DNA of 38,644 nucleotides from a virus (Duplodnaviria; Heunggongvirae; Uroviricota; Caudoviricetes): IMG/VR virus record IMGVR_UViG_2850756110_000011; one strand, 5' to 3'. Shown piece by piece: positions 9,251 to 17,927 of this stretch (position 1 is its first letter; each line of letters starts with the position of its first letter). The notes under the pieces were generated by a model. It saw only the letters and a program-made list of their open reading frames with translations, ran no database searches and was not told where the DNA came from. The position numbers and the translations under genes were made by a program.

Positions 9251-9568
9251 CCTCGCGCATACAACCGGGCAGTGATGTGATTGTCTGCGCTGAAATGGAC
9301 GAACAGTGGGGCTACGTCGGTGCTAAATCACGTCAGCGCTGGCTGTTTTACGCGTATGACAGGATACGGAGGACGGTTGTGGCGCACGTCTTCGGTGAAC
9401 GCACTCTGGCCACACTGGAGCGTCTTCTGAGCCTGCTGTCGGCCTTTGAGGTCGTGGTATGGATGACGGATGGCTGGCCGCTGTATGAATCACGCCTGAA
9501 GGGAAAGCTGCACGTTATCAGCAAGCGTTACACTCAGCGCATTGAGCGACATAATCTGAATCTGAGAC
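9249..9568 (+). pseudogene. insB: IS1 InsB' reading frame, 3'-truncated by IS66 #2 / IS110 insertion
   Basis: ...[51 protein letters not shown]... then reads into foreign sequence after 9568. Confidence 0.6.
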
Positions 9569-9571
9569 GTA

Positions 9572-11091
9572 AGGCAGTATGACTTTCCGTGAGACAGATG
9601 CTGGCCAACGTGGGATATTTAACGCGGGTTAACATCGTTGTCAGAGCCGCATGGGTGAGCTGTTGCTACACCCCGGTATTTCCACCACGGAGGCCAGCAT
9701 GAACAACAATAACACATTGTACGTCGGGTTAGATGTTCACAAAGAATCGATTACTGTCGCTTATGCTATCAATTCAGAACCTGTTGAACTGATGGGTAAA
9801 ATTGGCACATCACCTACTGATATTCAGAATCTTTGTAAACGTCTCAGGTCAAAGTCATCGCAGGTCAGTATCGTTTATGAAGCGGGGCCCTGTGGTTATG
9901 GACTTTATCGTCGGCTGGTGAAATCCGGTTTTGACTGCATGGTCTGCGCCCCCTCACTTATCCCGAAAAAACCGGGGGAGCGGGTTAAAACCGATCGCCG
10001 TGATGCCATCAGACTTGTGCGTTCACTGCGTGCAGGAGATCTTTCTGCTGTCTACGTACCCGGCATTGAAGATGAGGCATTCCGGGATTTGGCCCGGGCA
10101 TGGGCATCTGCCCGCGATGATTTACGGCATGCAAGGCAACGTCTGAAATCGTTTCTTCTGGTTCATGGGGTCCATTATGTCGGGCGAGCAGATTGGGGCC
10201 CTGCACACCGACGCTGGCTCAGCAAATACTCATTCGAAAGTCCCTGGCGACAATTAGCTTTTGACGAACACCGTCGTACAATAGAAGACCGGCAGGCACA
10301 ATGTGAACGGCTGGAATCCGCCCTGAAGGAGGCCGTTACCGAATGGAGGCTGTATCCGGTAGTAGAGGCGCTGCAAGCCATGCGAGGGATTCAGTTTATT
10401 ACTGCGGTTGGATTAATTTCTGAACTGGGTGATCTGACCCGTTTTGAACATCCACGACAACTGATGTCATGGTTTGGTATCACGCCATCAGAATATTCAT
10501 CGGGTGGAAGCAGACATCAGGGCAGCATTACCAAAGCCGGAAACAGCTATGCCAGAAAGCTATTGGTCGAGGCAGCGTGGAGTTACCGTCATCCGGCACG
10601 CATCAGTCCGGCAATACAAAAAAGGCAGGAAAATTTACCCCGCCCCGTCATTGACAGAGCATGGGATGCTCAACTCAGGCTTTGTAAGAGGTATCGAAAA
10701 CTTCAGGCCAAAGGAAAGAATGTCAATATTACAATTGTTGCTGTTGCACGTGAGCTGGCGGGTTTTATCTGGGATATGGGCCGAATAGCAATGTCTGTCG
10801 CACAACAACCACAATGTCACAAATAAAAAATGAGAATAACCAGTTCCCTGAAGGCGACGTAGCCCGGTACAAGAGTAACCCACGTTAGCGCTTGGCGACG
10901 GCGGAACAAAGCTGATTCGCGACGTAAGAAAGTGGCAGGCTCATATGACGGACCTCTGTAATGCGGTATCCAACCCGCGAATATCAGCGTGATTCACCGT
11001 CGGATTTACTGCTACGTCGCCCTCAGGGAATTAAACCTAAAAAGAAAATCGTCAAAATTAGAGATTCCGGTTTGACACGGAAAGTCATATC
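9572..11091 (+). mobile_element. IS110-family element, copy 2 (near-identical to copy 1, opposite orientation in the window)
   Basis: Same ends as copy 1; a few substitutions between copies visible in the overlapping ORF translations. Confidence 0.8.
9699..10826 (+). CDS. IS110-family (DEDD-type) transposase/recombinase
   Basis: Same 375-aa protein as 6448-7575; the 391-aa ORF call is an upstream extension. Confidence 0.9.
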   Translation: MNNNNTLYVGLDVHKESITVAYAINSEPVELMGKIGTSPTDIQNLCKRLRSKSSQVSIVYEAGPCGYGLYRRLVKSGFDCMVCAPSLIPKKPGERVKTDRRDAIRLVRSLRAGDLSAVYVPGIEDEAFRDLARAWASARDDLRHARQRLKSFLLVHGVHYVGRADWGPAHRRWLSKYSFESPWRQLAFDEHRRTIEDRQAQCERLESALKEAVTEWRLYPVVEALQAMRGIQFITAVGLISELGDLTRFEHPRQLMSWFGITPSEYSSGGSRHQGSITKAGNSYARKLLVEAAWSYRHPARISPAIQKRQENLPRPVIDRAWDAQLRLCKRYRKLQAKGKNVNITIVAVARELAGFIWDMGRIAMSVAQQPQCHK

Positions 11092-11159
11092 AGCGTACAG
11101 CCTGAACCGTCTGGTCAGAATCTGACGAATTAGACAAAGTGGTGTCCACCAAATAAGTA

Positions 11160-11561
11160 GTGGGAACCAAAGTGTCAGATATGCAGAAAAATGTGAATCC
11201 CGGCAGGCGAAAAGGCTGCCCTAATTATCCTCCCGAATTTAAACAGCAGCTCGTTGCTGCCTCCTGTGAACCCGGGATATCCATCTCAAAACTTGCTCTT
11301 GAAAATGGCATTAACGCCAATCTGTTGTTCAAATGGCGACAACAATGGCGCGAGGGAAAGCTGCTATTACCTTCTTCAGAGAGCCCCCAGCTACTTCCTG
11401 TGACTCTCGATGCAGCTGCCGAACAGCCAGAATCGCTCGCAGAGGATCCGGAAACCCTCAGTATCAGCTGTGAGGTAACGTTCCGGCACGGGACGCTCCG
11501 CTTCAATGGCAATGTCAGCGAAAAGCTCCTGACTCTGCTGATACAGGAACTGAAGCGATGA
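11160..11561 (+). CDS. IS66-family accessory protein TnpA (orf1), element #2
   Basis: ...PEFKQQLVAASCEPGISISKLALENGINANLLFKWRQQW... Confidence 0.8.
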   Translation: MGTKVSDMQKNVNPGRRKGCPNYPPEFKQQLVAASCEPGISISKLALENGINANLLFKWRQQWREGKLLLPSSESPQLLPVTLDAAAEQPESLAEDPETLSISCEVTFRHGTLRFNGNVSEKLLTLLIQELKR

Positions 11562-11905
11562 TCCCGTTACCTTCCGGGACCAAAATTTGGCTGGTTGCCG
11601 GTATCACCGATATGAGAAATGGCTTCAACGGCCTGGCGGCAAAGGTGCAGACGACGCTGAAAGACGATCCGATGTCAGGTCACGTTTTTATCTTCCGTGG
11701 GCGTAATGGCAGTCAGGTAAAGCTCCTCTGGTCTACCGGCGATGGACTGTGTCTGCTGACCAAACGGCTGGAGCGCGGCCGCTTCGCCTGGCCGTCAGCC
11801 CGGGATGGCAAAGTGTTCCTCACACCGGCACAGCTGGCGATGCTCCTTGAAGGTATCGACTGGCGGCAGCCTAAAAGACTGCTTACGTCCCTGACTATGT
11901 TGTAA
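11558..11905 (+). CDS. IS66-family accessory protein TnpB (orf2), element #2
   Basis: MIPLPSGTKIWLVAGITDMRNGFNGLAAKVQTTLKDDPMSGHVFIFRGRNG... Confidence 0.85.
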   Translation: MIPLPSGTKIWLVAGITDMRNGFNGLAAKVQTTLKDDPMSGHVFIFRGRNGSQVKLLWSTGDGLCLLTKRLERGRFAWPSARDGKVFLTPAQLAMLLEGIDWRQPKRLLTSLTML

Positions 11906-11953
11906 GCCTCTTTATCCTGGTCGACGCTGAATGAGCCTGGTAATATACCCGGT

Positions 11954-13492
11954 ATGAGCAGCTCACTTCCTGACGATATCAATGCACTGAAACGTCTCCT
12001 TGCCGAACAGGAGGCGCTGAACCGTGCCCTGCTGGAAAAGCTGAACGAGCGTGAACGCGAAATAGACCATCTGCAGGCACAGCTGGATAAGCTGCGCCGG
12101 ATGAACTTCGGCAGCCGCTCCGAAAAAGTCTCCCGTCGTATCGCACAGATGGAAGCTGACCTGAAGGCACTTCAGAAAGAAAGTGATACCCTTACCGGTC
12201 GGGTTGACGACCCGGCCGTGCAGCGCCCGCTGCGTCAAACCCGCACCCGCAAACCGTTCCCCGAATCACTCCCCCGCGATGAAAAACGGCTGCTGCCGGC
12301 AGCGTCATGCTGCCCGGAATGTGGAGGCTCACTGAGCTATCCGGGTGAGGATGCCGCCGAACAGCTGGAGTTGATGCGCAGCGTCTTCCGGGTTATCCGG
12401 ACTGTACGTGAAAAGCATGCCTGTACTCAGTGCGATGCCATCGTGCAGGCCCCCGCGCCTTCACGGCCCATCGAGCGGGGTATCGCAGGACCGGGGCTGC
12501 TGGCCCGCGTGCTGATCTCAAAGTATGCAGAGCACACCCCGCTGTACCGCCAGTCTGAAATGTACGGCCGCCAGGGCGTGGAGCTGAGTCGTTCACTGCT
12601 GTCGGGCTGGGTGGATGCATGCTGCCGGCTACTGTCACCGCTGGAAGAAGCGCTTCAGGATTATGTGCTGACTGACGGTAAGCTCCATGCTGATGACACG
12701 CCTGTCCCGGTGCTGTTGCCAGGCAATAAGAAAACGAAGACCGGGCGGTTATGGACCTACGTTCGTGACGACCGTAACGCCGGGTCAACGCTGGCGCCGG
12801 CGGTGTGGTTCGCTTACAGCCCGGACAGAAAAGGCATCCATCCGCAGACCCATCTTGCGGGGTTCAGTGGTGTACTGCAGGCGGATGCATACGCCGGGTT
12901 CAACGAGCTGTACCGGGATGGCCGGATAACGGAAGCCGCCTGTTGGGCTCACGCCCGCCGTAAAATCCACGATGTGCACGTTCGCACCCCGTCAGCCCTG
13001 ACGGAGGAAGCGCTGAAACGGATCGGCGAACTGTACGCCATCGAGGCAGAGATAAGGGGAATGACGGCGGAGCAGCGCCTTGCCGAACGTCAGTTGAAAA
13101 CGAAACCGCTGCTGAAATCCCTGGAAAGCTGGCTGCGTGAAAAGATGAAAACCCTGTCGCGACACTCAGAACTGGCGAAAGCGTTCGCATACGCCCTGAA
13201 CCAGTGGCCGGCGCTGACGTACTATGCAGATGATGGCTGGGCTGAGGCGGACAATAATATCGCTGAAAATGCGTTGCGGATGGTCAGTCTGGGCCGCAAA
13301 AACTACCTGTTCTTCGGTTCGGATCATGGAGGAGAGCGGGGAGCGCTGCTGTACAGCCTGATCGGGACGTGCAAACTGAACGGAGTGGAGCCAGAAAGCT
13401 ACCTCCGCTATGTACTTGACGTCATAGCCGACTGGCCGATAAACCGGGTCGGCGAACTGCTCCCCTGGCGCGTAGCACTGCCGACTGAATAA
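11954..13492 (+). CDS. IS66-family transposase TnpC (orf3), element #2
   Basis: 512 aa; same architecture as 4563-6155 but clearly divergent in sequence. Confidence 0.9.
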   Translation: MSSSLPDDINALKRLLAEQEALNRALLEKLNEREREIDHLQAQLDKLRRMNFGSRSEKVSRRIAQMEADLKALQKESDTLTGRVDDPAVQRPLRQTRTRKPFPESLPRDEKRLLPAASCCPECGGSLSYPGEDAAEQLELMRSVFRVIRTVREKHACTQCDAIVQAPAPSRPIERGIAGPGLLARVLISKYAEHTPLYRQSEMYGRQGVELSRSLLSGWVDACCRLLSPLEEALQDYVLTDGKLHADDTPVPVLLPGNKKTKTGRLWTYVRDDRNAGSTLAPAVWFAYSPDRKGIHPQTHLAGFSGVLQADAYAGFNELYRDGRITEAACWAHARRKIHDVHVRTPSALTEEALKRIGELYAIEAEIRGMTAEQRLAERQLKTKPLLKSLESWLREKMKTLSRHSELAKAFAYALNQWPALTYYADDGWAEADNNIAENALRMVSLGRKNYLFFGSDHGGERGALLYSLIGTCKLNGVEPESYLRYVLDVIADWPINRVGELLPWRVALPTE

Positions 13493-13530
13493 CACATCCC
13501 CGTCAATACGGTTCTTGCTGCACGCTTACC

Positions 13531-14427
13531 ATTGACGGGCGTGGTCTGGCTGGCGAGATCAGCAAGGAAACGGGTAAATCCCTGCGTGATAACGCTGAAT
13601 ACGTTAATCCCTGGGCGTCTCTGCATCGTGTTCAGCAATTCCGCTTCTTTGGTATTCCAGGGCGTCAGGCTTACCGTGAACTGCGGTTGTTGGCTGGTCA
13701 GGCGGCAAGGCAGCAGGGTGACAAAAAAGCAGGTGCGCCGGTACTGGATAACCCGCGCCTTGATGCCATCCTGGCTGCTGCTGATGCTGGCTGTTTTGCC
13801 ACCTACATTATGAGGCAGGGCGGCGTGCTGGTTCCTCGCAAATATCACTTGATCAGAACCGCTTATGAAATCAATGAAGAGCCGACCGCCTATGGCGATC
13901 ACGGTATTCGTATTTATGGCATCTGGTCACCCATTGCAGAAGGCAAGATCTGCACTCATGCAGTGAAGTGGAAAATGGTTCGTAAAGCCGTTGACGTTCA
14001 GGAGGCGGCAGCCGACCAGGGCGCTTGCGCCCCTTGGACTCGTGGCAATAACTGTCCCCTTGCTGAAAATTTGAACCAACAGGAGAAAGATAAATCAGCT
14101 GATGGGAACCCCAGAACGGACATTACCAGCATGGATGACAAGGAGTTGCACGATTACCTGCACAGTATGAGCAAAAAAGAGCGCCGGGAACTGGCAGCAA
14201 GGTTACGCCTGGTGAAACCGAAACGGCGTAAAGACTACAAACAGCGAATTACAGACCATCAGCGACTGCAGCTCGTGTATGAGCTGAAGTCCAGAGGATT
14301 TGATGGCAGCGAGAAAGAGGTCGATTTACTCCTTCGCGGAGGCAGTATTCCGTCAGGAGCAGGCCTGCGTATCTTCTATCGGAACCAGCGTTTGCAGGAA
14401 GATGATCAGTGGCGGAACCTGTATTAA
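13531..14427 (+). pseudogene. C-terminal fragment (about 298 codons) of a phage replication-initiation gene (P2 gpA-like by position), 5'-truncated at the IS66 #2 boundary
   Basis: Frame open from the IS66 right end ([28 protein letters not shown]...) with no start codon context; identification by synteny only. Confidence 0.4.
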
Positions 14428-14580
14428 TTACGCGGGTTAACAATTCGTGCTCTTAATAATACCAGGCATATCAGGCTGATGAACGTAAAAAAACGTTTTA
14501 CATCAGTAAGATTATTATATACTGTAAATATAAACAGTGGTTATGCATGCAGTATTGCGTGTGGTGTCATAGGAGGAAAG

Positions 14581-14769
14581 ATGCAGGACTATTTTTTGGA
14601 GTCTTTGAAGCTCCAGCGCATTGATTTTTTTCTTAAGCTTGTAGCGGCTAGTGAGTGTAGTGATGAAGAGAAGGGGCTGGCTCTGCAGTGGGTTTCTGAA
14701 TTGACTGATGAACTCATGGCAAAAATCAGAACCCACGAATACAACCGCTCAATGGATGTCATCAGCTGA
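14581..14769 (+). CDS. hypothetical small phage protein (62 aa)
   Basis: MQDYFLESLKLQRIDFFLKLVAASECSDEEKGLALQWVSELTDELMAKIRTHEYNRSMDVIS with RBS GGAGGAAAG; the 96-aa ORF call is an upstream extension. Confidence 0.45.
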   Translation: MQDYFLESLKLQRIDFFLKLVAASECSDEEKGLALQWVSELTDELMAKIRTHEYNRSMDVIS

Positions 14770-14779
14770 GGTGACTTTT

Positions 14780-15013
14780 ATGCGCATTGAAATAATGATC
14801 GATAAAGAGCAGAAGATTAGCCAGTCTACCCTGGACGCTCTTGAATCCGAGCTTTACCGCAATCTGCGCCCTCTGTATCCCAAAACGGTAATTCGTATCC
14901 GCAAAGGTAGCTCTAACGGTGTGGAACTTACCGGATTGCAACTGGACGAAGAAAGAAAACAAGTGATGAAAATTATGCAGAAGGTGTGGGAAGACGACAG
15001 CTGGCTGCATTAA
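14780..15013 (+). CDS. DinI-family (damage-inducible protein I-like) protein
   Basis: MRIEIMIDKEQKISQSTLDALESELYRNLRPLYPKTVIRIRKGSSNGVELTGLQLDEERKQVMKIMQKVWEDDSWLH resembles my recollection of DinI. Confidence 0.7.
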   Translation: MRIEIMIDKEQKISQSTLDALESELYRNLRPLYPKTVIRIRKGSSNGVELTGLQLDEERKQVMKIMQKVWEDDSWLH

Positions 15014-15148
15014 GAAACGTTGCTGGCGTCTGAACTAGCTTCTGGCGTCAGCAAGGTTGAACAACGAGCCCTTGCGAGGCGTTAGCTCTGTAGTGCATGT
15101 CTATGCCGCATGAGATCGCATGATCGTTTGAGGATCGTTTTTGCTAAG

Positions 15149-15174
15149 GCCCGCCAGAACTGGCGGGCTTTTGC
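15149..15174 (+). terminator. Rho-independent terminator candidate (GCCCGCC-loop-GGCGGGC followed by TTTT)
   Basis: Read directly: ...AAGGCCCGCCAGAACTGGCGGGCTTTTGCG. Confidence 0.5.
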
Positions 15175-15305
15175 GTAGATCATGCAGGTGCATGAAAACC
15201 ACTACATAAAGCGGGCAGGCGTGGCGGGGATACGATTGCGCGCTAGGTATAAGTGTGTAAAATAATTCCAAAATAAATCATCACTAATGAAGTGAGAGGG
15301 TAATA

Positions 15306-16955
15306 ATGTTAGTCAAGAAAAATAAAAATTATAGTTTATATTTTTTAATTACAAATAATCAACAGATATCTGATTCTGGTAATTATATAAAAATAGTCCC
15401 ATCAAGAAGCGATTGGAATGATTTTGGATATTTGAGTAGAGTCGAAATATCTATTTTTAATAAAAAAGAGTGTAAGGATATAATTTCACTGAATGGTTAT
15501 ATTGGTTTTTTGAATTCAGAGGAGGAACGAAATGGAAAAGCAGAACTGATAAGGCGAGTGAAAAAAAAGGAAGAATCTAATTTAAAGGATGAGGGGTTTA
15601 ATGATTATTTTGTCATGCTTCAGGATATGAATAATTATCGAAGACTAGTAAGATTTTTTGGGGTGAATGAATCCAAATATATATTAAATTTCATTAATGA
15701 TGTTGTTTCTAAGAAAAGTGACGCTAGTGCAGAGAATTTGAGGAAAAAAGCAATCTCTTCTGATATCTTTAATAAATCTTTCATTAGAGAGTCTGAGTCG
15801 TATTTTACTTTCAAAAATGCAGGAACAGTTCTTTCCGGTATTCAATATGAGGAGTTGGGTAATTTATCACAGCACATCAAGATTAGCTATTCGAATAAAG
15901 TTAATGAAGAAGATGTATCTTATGTTTTTAATTTTGATCACGAGCATGATTTACCAAAAAGAATTTCCATAATTATAGGCGAGAATGGTGTAGGAAAAAG
16001 CCAAACGCTTAGAGAAATCGCATTGGCTGCGATTAAAGGAAAGGATAATTTGGTGGCTGTAGTTGATTCTAACGGTGTGAGCATTGAAGAACGAATTCAA
16101 ATTAGTAGGCTCATTGCTTTTTCTCCAACAAATGAAAGTAAGTGTTCATTTCCAACCGATAAAAGAATAAAATCATTGATATGGTACAAAAGATTGACTT
16201 TAAATCGTGAATCAAAATCCAAATTAAACTTGAATGATTTAATAGTGCAACTAGCGAGGAGTAACGACGCTATCGGCTATAATCAAAGGTGGAATATATT
16301 TGTTGATGCACTGAGTGTTCTAAATAGTAACAACGATTTAGTAATCAAATGTGGCGGTGAAAATTCACCATTTGTTAAATTAAATGAGCTTAATTCTCGA
16401 GGCGAAGAATCTAGACTATCATTATATTCTGAAATTATTCTCTCTGGCGAGCCTTTGAGGCTTATTGAAAATAAATGTTACCCTTTGAGTAGTGGGGAAA
16501 TATCGTTTATTAAGTTTTGTGTACAAGTTTGTTTGTATATTGAGAATGGGACTCTTCTATTAATAGATGAGCCAGAAACACATCTCCATCCTTCATTTAT
16601 TAATAAATTTATGGCATTGCTTGATAATTTATTAGAAAAGACAGGCTCTTCAGCTATCATAGCAACGCATTCGGTTTATCTTGTTCGGGAGGTTTTTAAG
16701 GAGCAAGTGACAATACTCAGAAGACGAGATGATGGGGTAATTGTTAGCGAAAAACCGAGATTGAGTACTTTTGGGGCGAATATAGGAAATATCTCATATT
16801 TTGTTTTCGGTGAGAGTGAACCAACTCAAATTTTAAATAAAGTAAAAAACAATATAATTGCAAAGAATATGTCTTGGGATGATGTTGAATCTAAATATAG
16901 CGAGGACTTATCACTTAATGTATTAACTGCGTTGAGAAATGAAATGGGCAATTGA
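15306..16955 (+). CDS. ABC/AAA_21-type ATPase (549 aa) with a roughly 215-aa N-terminal domain of unknown function; candidate defence protein (PtuA-like)
   Basis: Walker A GENGVGKS, signature-like LSSGE, Walker B/D-loop LLLIDEPETHLHP, H-loop IIATHS; gene is strongly AT-rich. Confidence 0.8.
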   Translation: MLVKKNKNYSLYFLITNNQQISDSGNYIKIVPSRSDWNDFGYLSRVEISIFNKKECKDIISLNGYIGFLNSEEERNGKAELIRRVKKKEESNLKDEGFNDYFVMLQDMNNYRRLVRFFGVNESKYILNFINDVVSKKSDASAENLRKKAISSDIFNKSFIRESESYFTFKNAGTVLSGIQYEELGNLSQHIKISYSNKVNEEDVSYVFNFDHEHDLPKRISIIIGENGVGKSQTLREIALAAIKGKDNLVAVVDSNGVSIEERIQISRLIAFSPTNESKCSFPTDKRIKSLIWYKRLTLNRESKSKLNLNDLIVQLARSNDAIGYNQRWNIFVDALSVLNSNNDLVIKCGGENSPFVKLNELNSRGEESRLSLYSEIILSGEPLRLIENKCYPLSSGEISFIKFCVQVCLYIENGTLLLIDEPETHLHPSFINKFMALLDNLLEKTGSSAIIATHSVYLVREVFKEQVTILRRRDDGVIVSEKPRLSTFGANIGNISYFVFGESEPTQILNKVKNNIIAKNMSWDDVESKYSEDLSLNVLTALRNEMGN

Positions 16956-17820
16956 AATGAATAAATTAAAAAGACCTGTTTTTAAAGATTATTCTGCATT
17001 TAAAAAACTATCTGCAAATAAGAGATTAAAACATCATTCTGTTCTGAATGGACAGGATACATTTATACTTAATGCATATAGATCGTACATAAAGAATAAA
17101 GGGTATCTTAATGTCAATTCTTGTGGCGTATTGAGTAACAATATTGCTGAAGCTTTGAGATATTATTATAACAATCCCGCAAAGTGTTTATCTATAATTG
17201 ATGATATAAGAGCAGCTAATTCTAACTCTCTATGTCCAATGTGTGGTTCAATGCATAGCGGGACTTTGGATCATGTTTTACCCAAGGAAAACTATCCAGA
17301 ATTTTCTTTATTCACTAAGAATTTGGTTCCTGCTTGCAAATGTAATACTTTCAAAAGTACTACTATAGCTAATTCTGCAGGCCATCGGATGCTGCATCCA
17401 TATTTTGATAATATATTAAAACAAAGATTAATATGTGCTAATTTTTCTAAATTAGGGCGAACACCTACAATTGATGTAAAAATCATAATTGACCCAATGT
17501 CACCAGAATATAACAATGTTAAGTATCATCTTGATAATGTTGTTATCAAGAATAATATTAAGGGGTATTTGTCTGAACAATGGGAGTCGTTTTACTTATA
17601 TCCTGAGCTTGTTATTAGAGGACTGAATAAGAGTCTTTCTACTTATAGCGATGTATATGAGTTGTTGACTCGCGAGTTGTTGCTGTTGGATGAAAAACAT
17701 AAAGGTAAAAATAATTGGAATTCGGTTTTTGTAGCTGGGTTAATTCGACCTGATGTGATTAGGTGGATACTCTGTGAATTACATTTAGGTAACAGAAGTC
17801 CAGACGGTCGTCTCATATGA
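16939..17820 (+). CDS. HNH-motif nuclease (293 aa); candidate defence effector (PtuB-like)
   Basis: CPMCGSMHSGTLDHVLPKENYPE...LVPACKCN; overlaps the ATPase stop by 17 nt (alternative start 16957); AT-rich. Confidence 0.75.
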   Translation: MKWAIEMNKLKRPVFKDYSAFKKLSANKRLKHHSVLNGQDTFILNAYRSYIKNKGYLNVNSCGVLSNNIAEALRYYYNNPAKCLSIIDDIRAANSNSLCPMCGSMHSGTLDHVLPKENYPEFSLFTKNLVPACKCNTFKSTTIANSAGHRMLHPYFDNILKQRLICANFSKLGRTPTIDVKIIIDPMSPEYNNVKYHLDNVVIKNNIKGYLSEQWESFYLYPELVIRGLNKSLSTYSDVYELLTRELLLLDEKHKGKNNWNSVFVAGLIRPDVIRWILCELHLGNRSPDGRLI

Positions 17821-17927
17821 TTTTTTGCATCTTCAGCGTGTATCTGCACGCTGAAGAAATTCATAAAAACTGCTGCCTATTAATAAATTTTTTTAGCTGA
17901 GTTAAAGAACCTCATTTAGTGATTACG

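Larger units (their letters stand above)
8920..9568 (+). mobile_element. IS1 (variant), copy 1, 3'-truncated at about nt 649 by insertion of IS66 #2
   Basis: Begins GGTAATGCTGCCAACTTACTGATTTAGTGTATGATGG; co-linear with the complete copy at 26608-27375 up to ...CTGAATCTGAGAC. Confidence 0.85.
9569..13529 (+). mobile_element. IS66-family element #2 (different isoform from #1) carrying IS110-family copy 2 in its left terminal repeat; no target duplication
   Basis: Left repeat GTA[IS110]AGCGTACAGCCTGAACCGT; right end ...GTCAATACGGTTCTTGCTGCACGCTTAC; flanks TCTGAGAC and CATTGACG differ. Confidence 0.75.

Noticed and set aside
9651-9698. N-terminal extension of the IS110-family transposase in copy 2 (391-aa call)
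   Set aside because: Copy 1 starts at MNNNNTLYVGLDVHK; the extension in copy 2 is just an upstream in-frame ATG in the non-coding end.
12393-13902. Multiple overlapping ORF calls on both strands (e.g. 12393-12788, 13408-13902)
   Set aside because: They overlap the IS66 transposase or the replication-gene fragment in other frames; arginine/proline-rich shadow translations.
17821-17927. P2 cos site between the defence cassette and the portal gene
   Set aside because: I looked for the P2 cohesive-end sequence and did not recognise it; I cannot call a cos feature from sequence alone.
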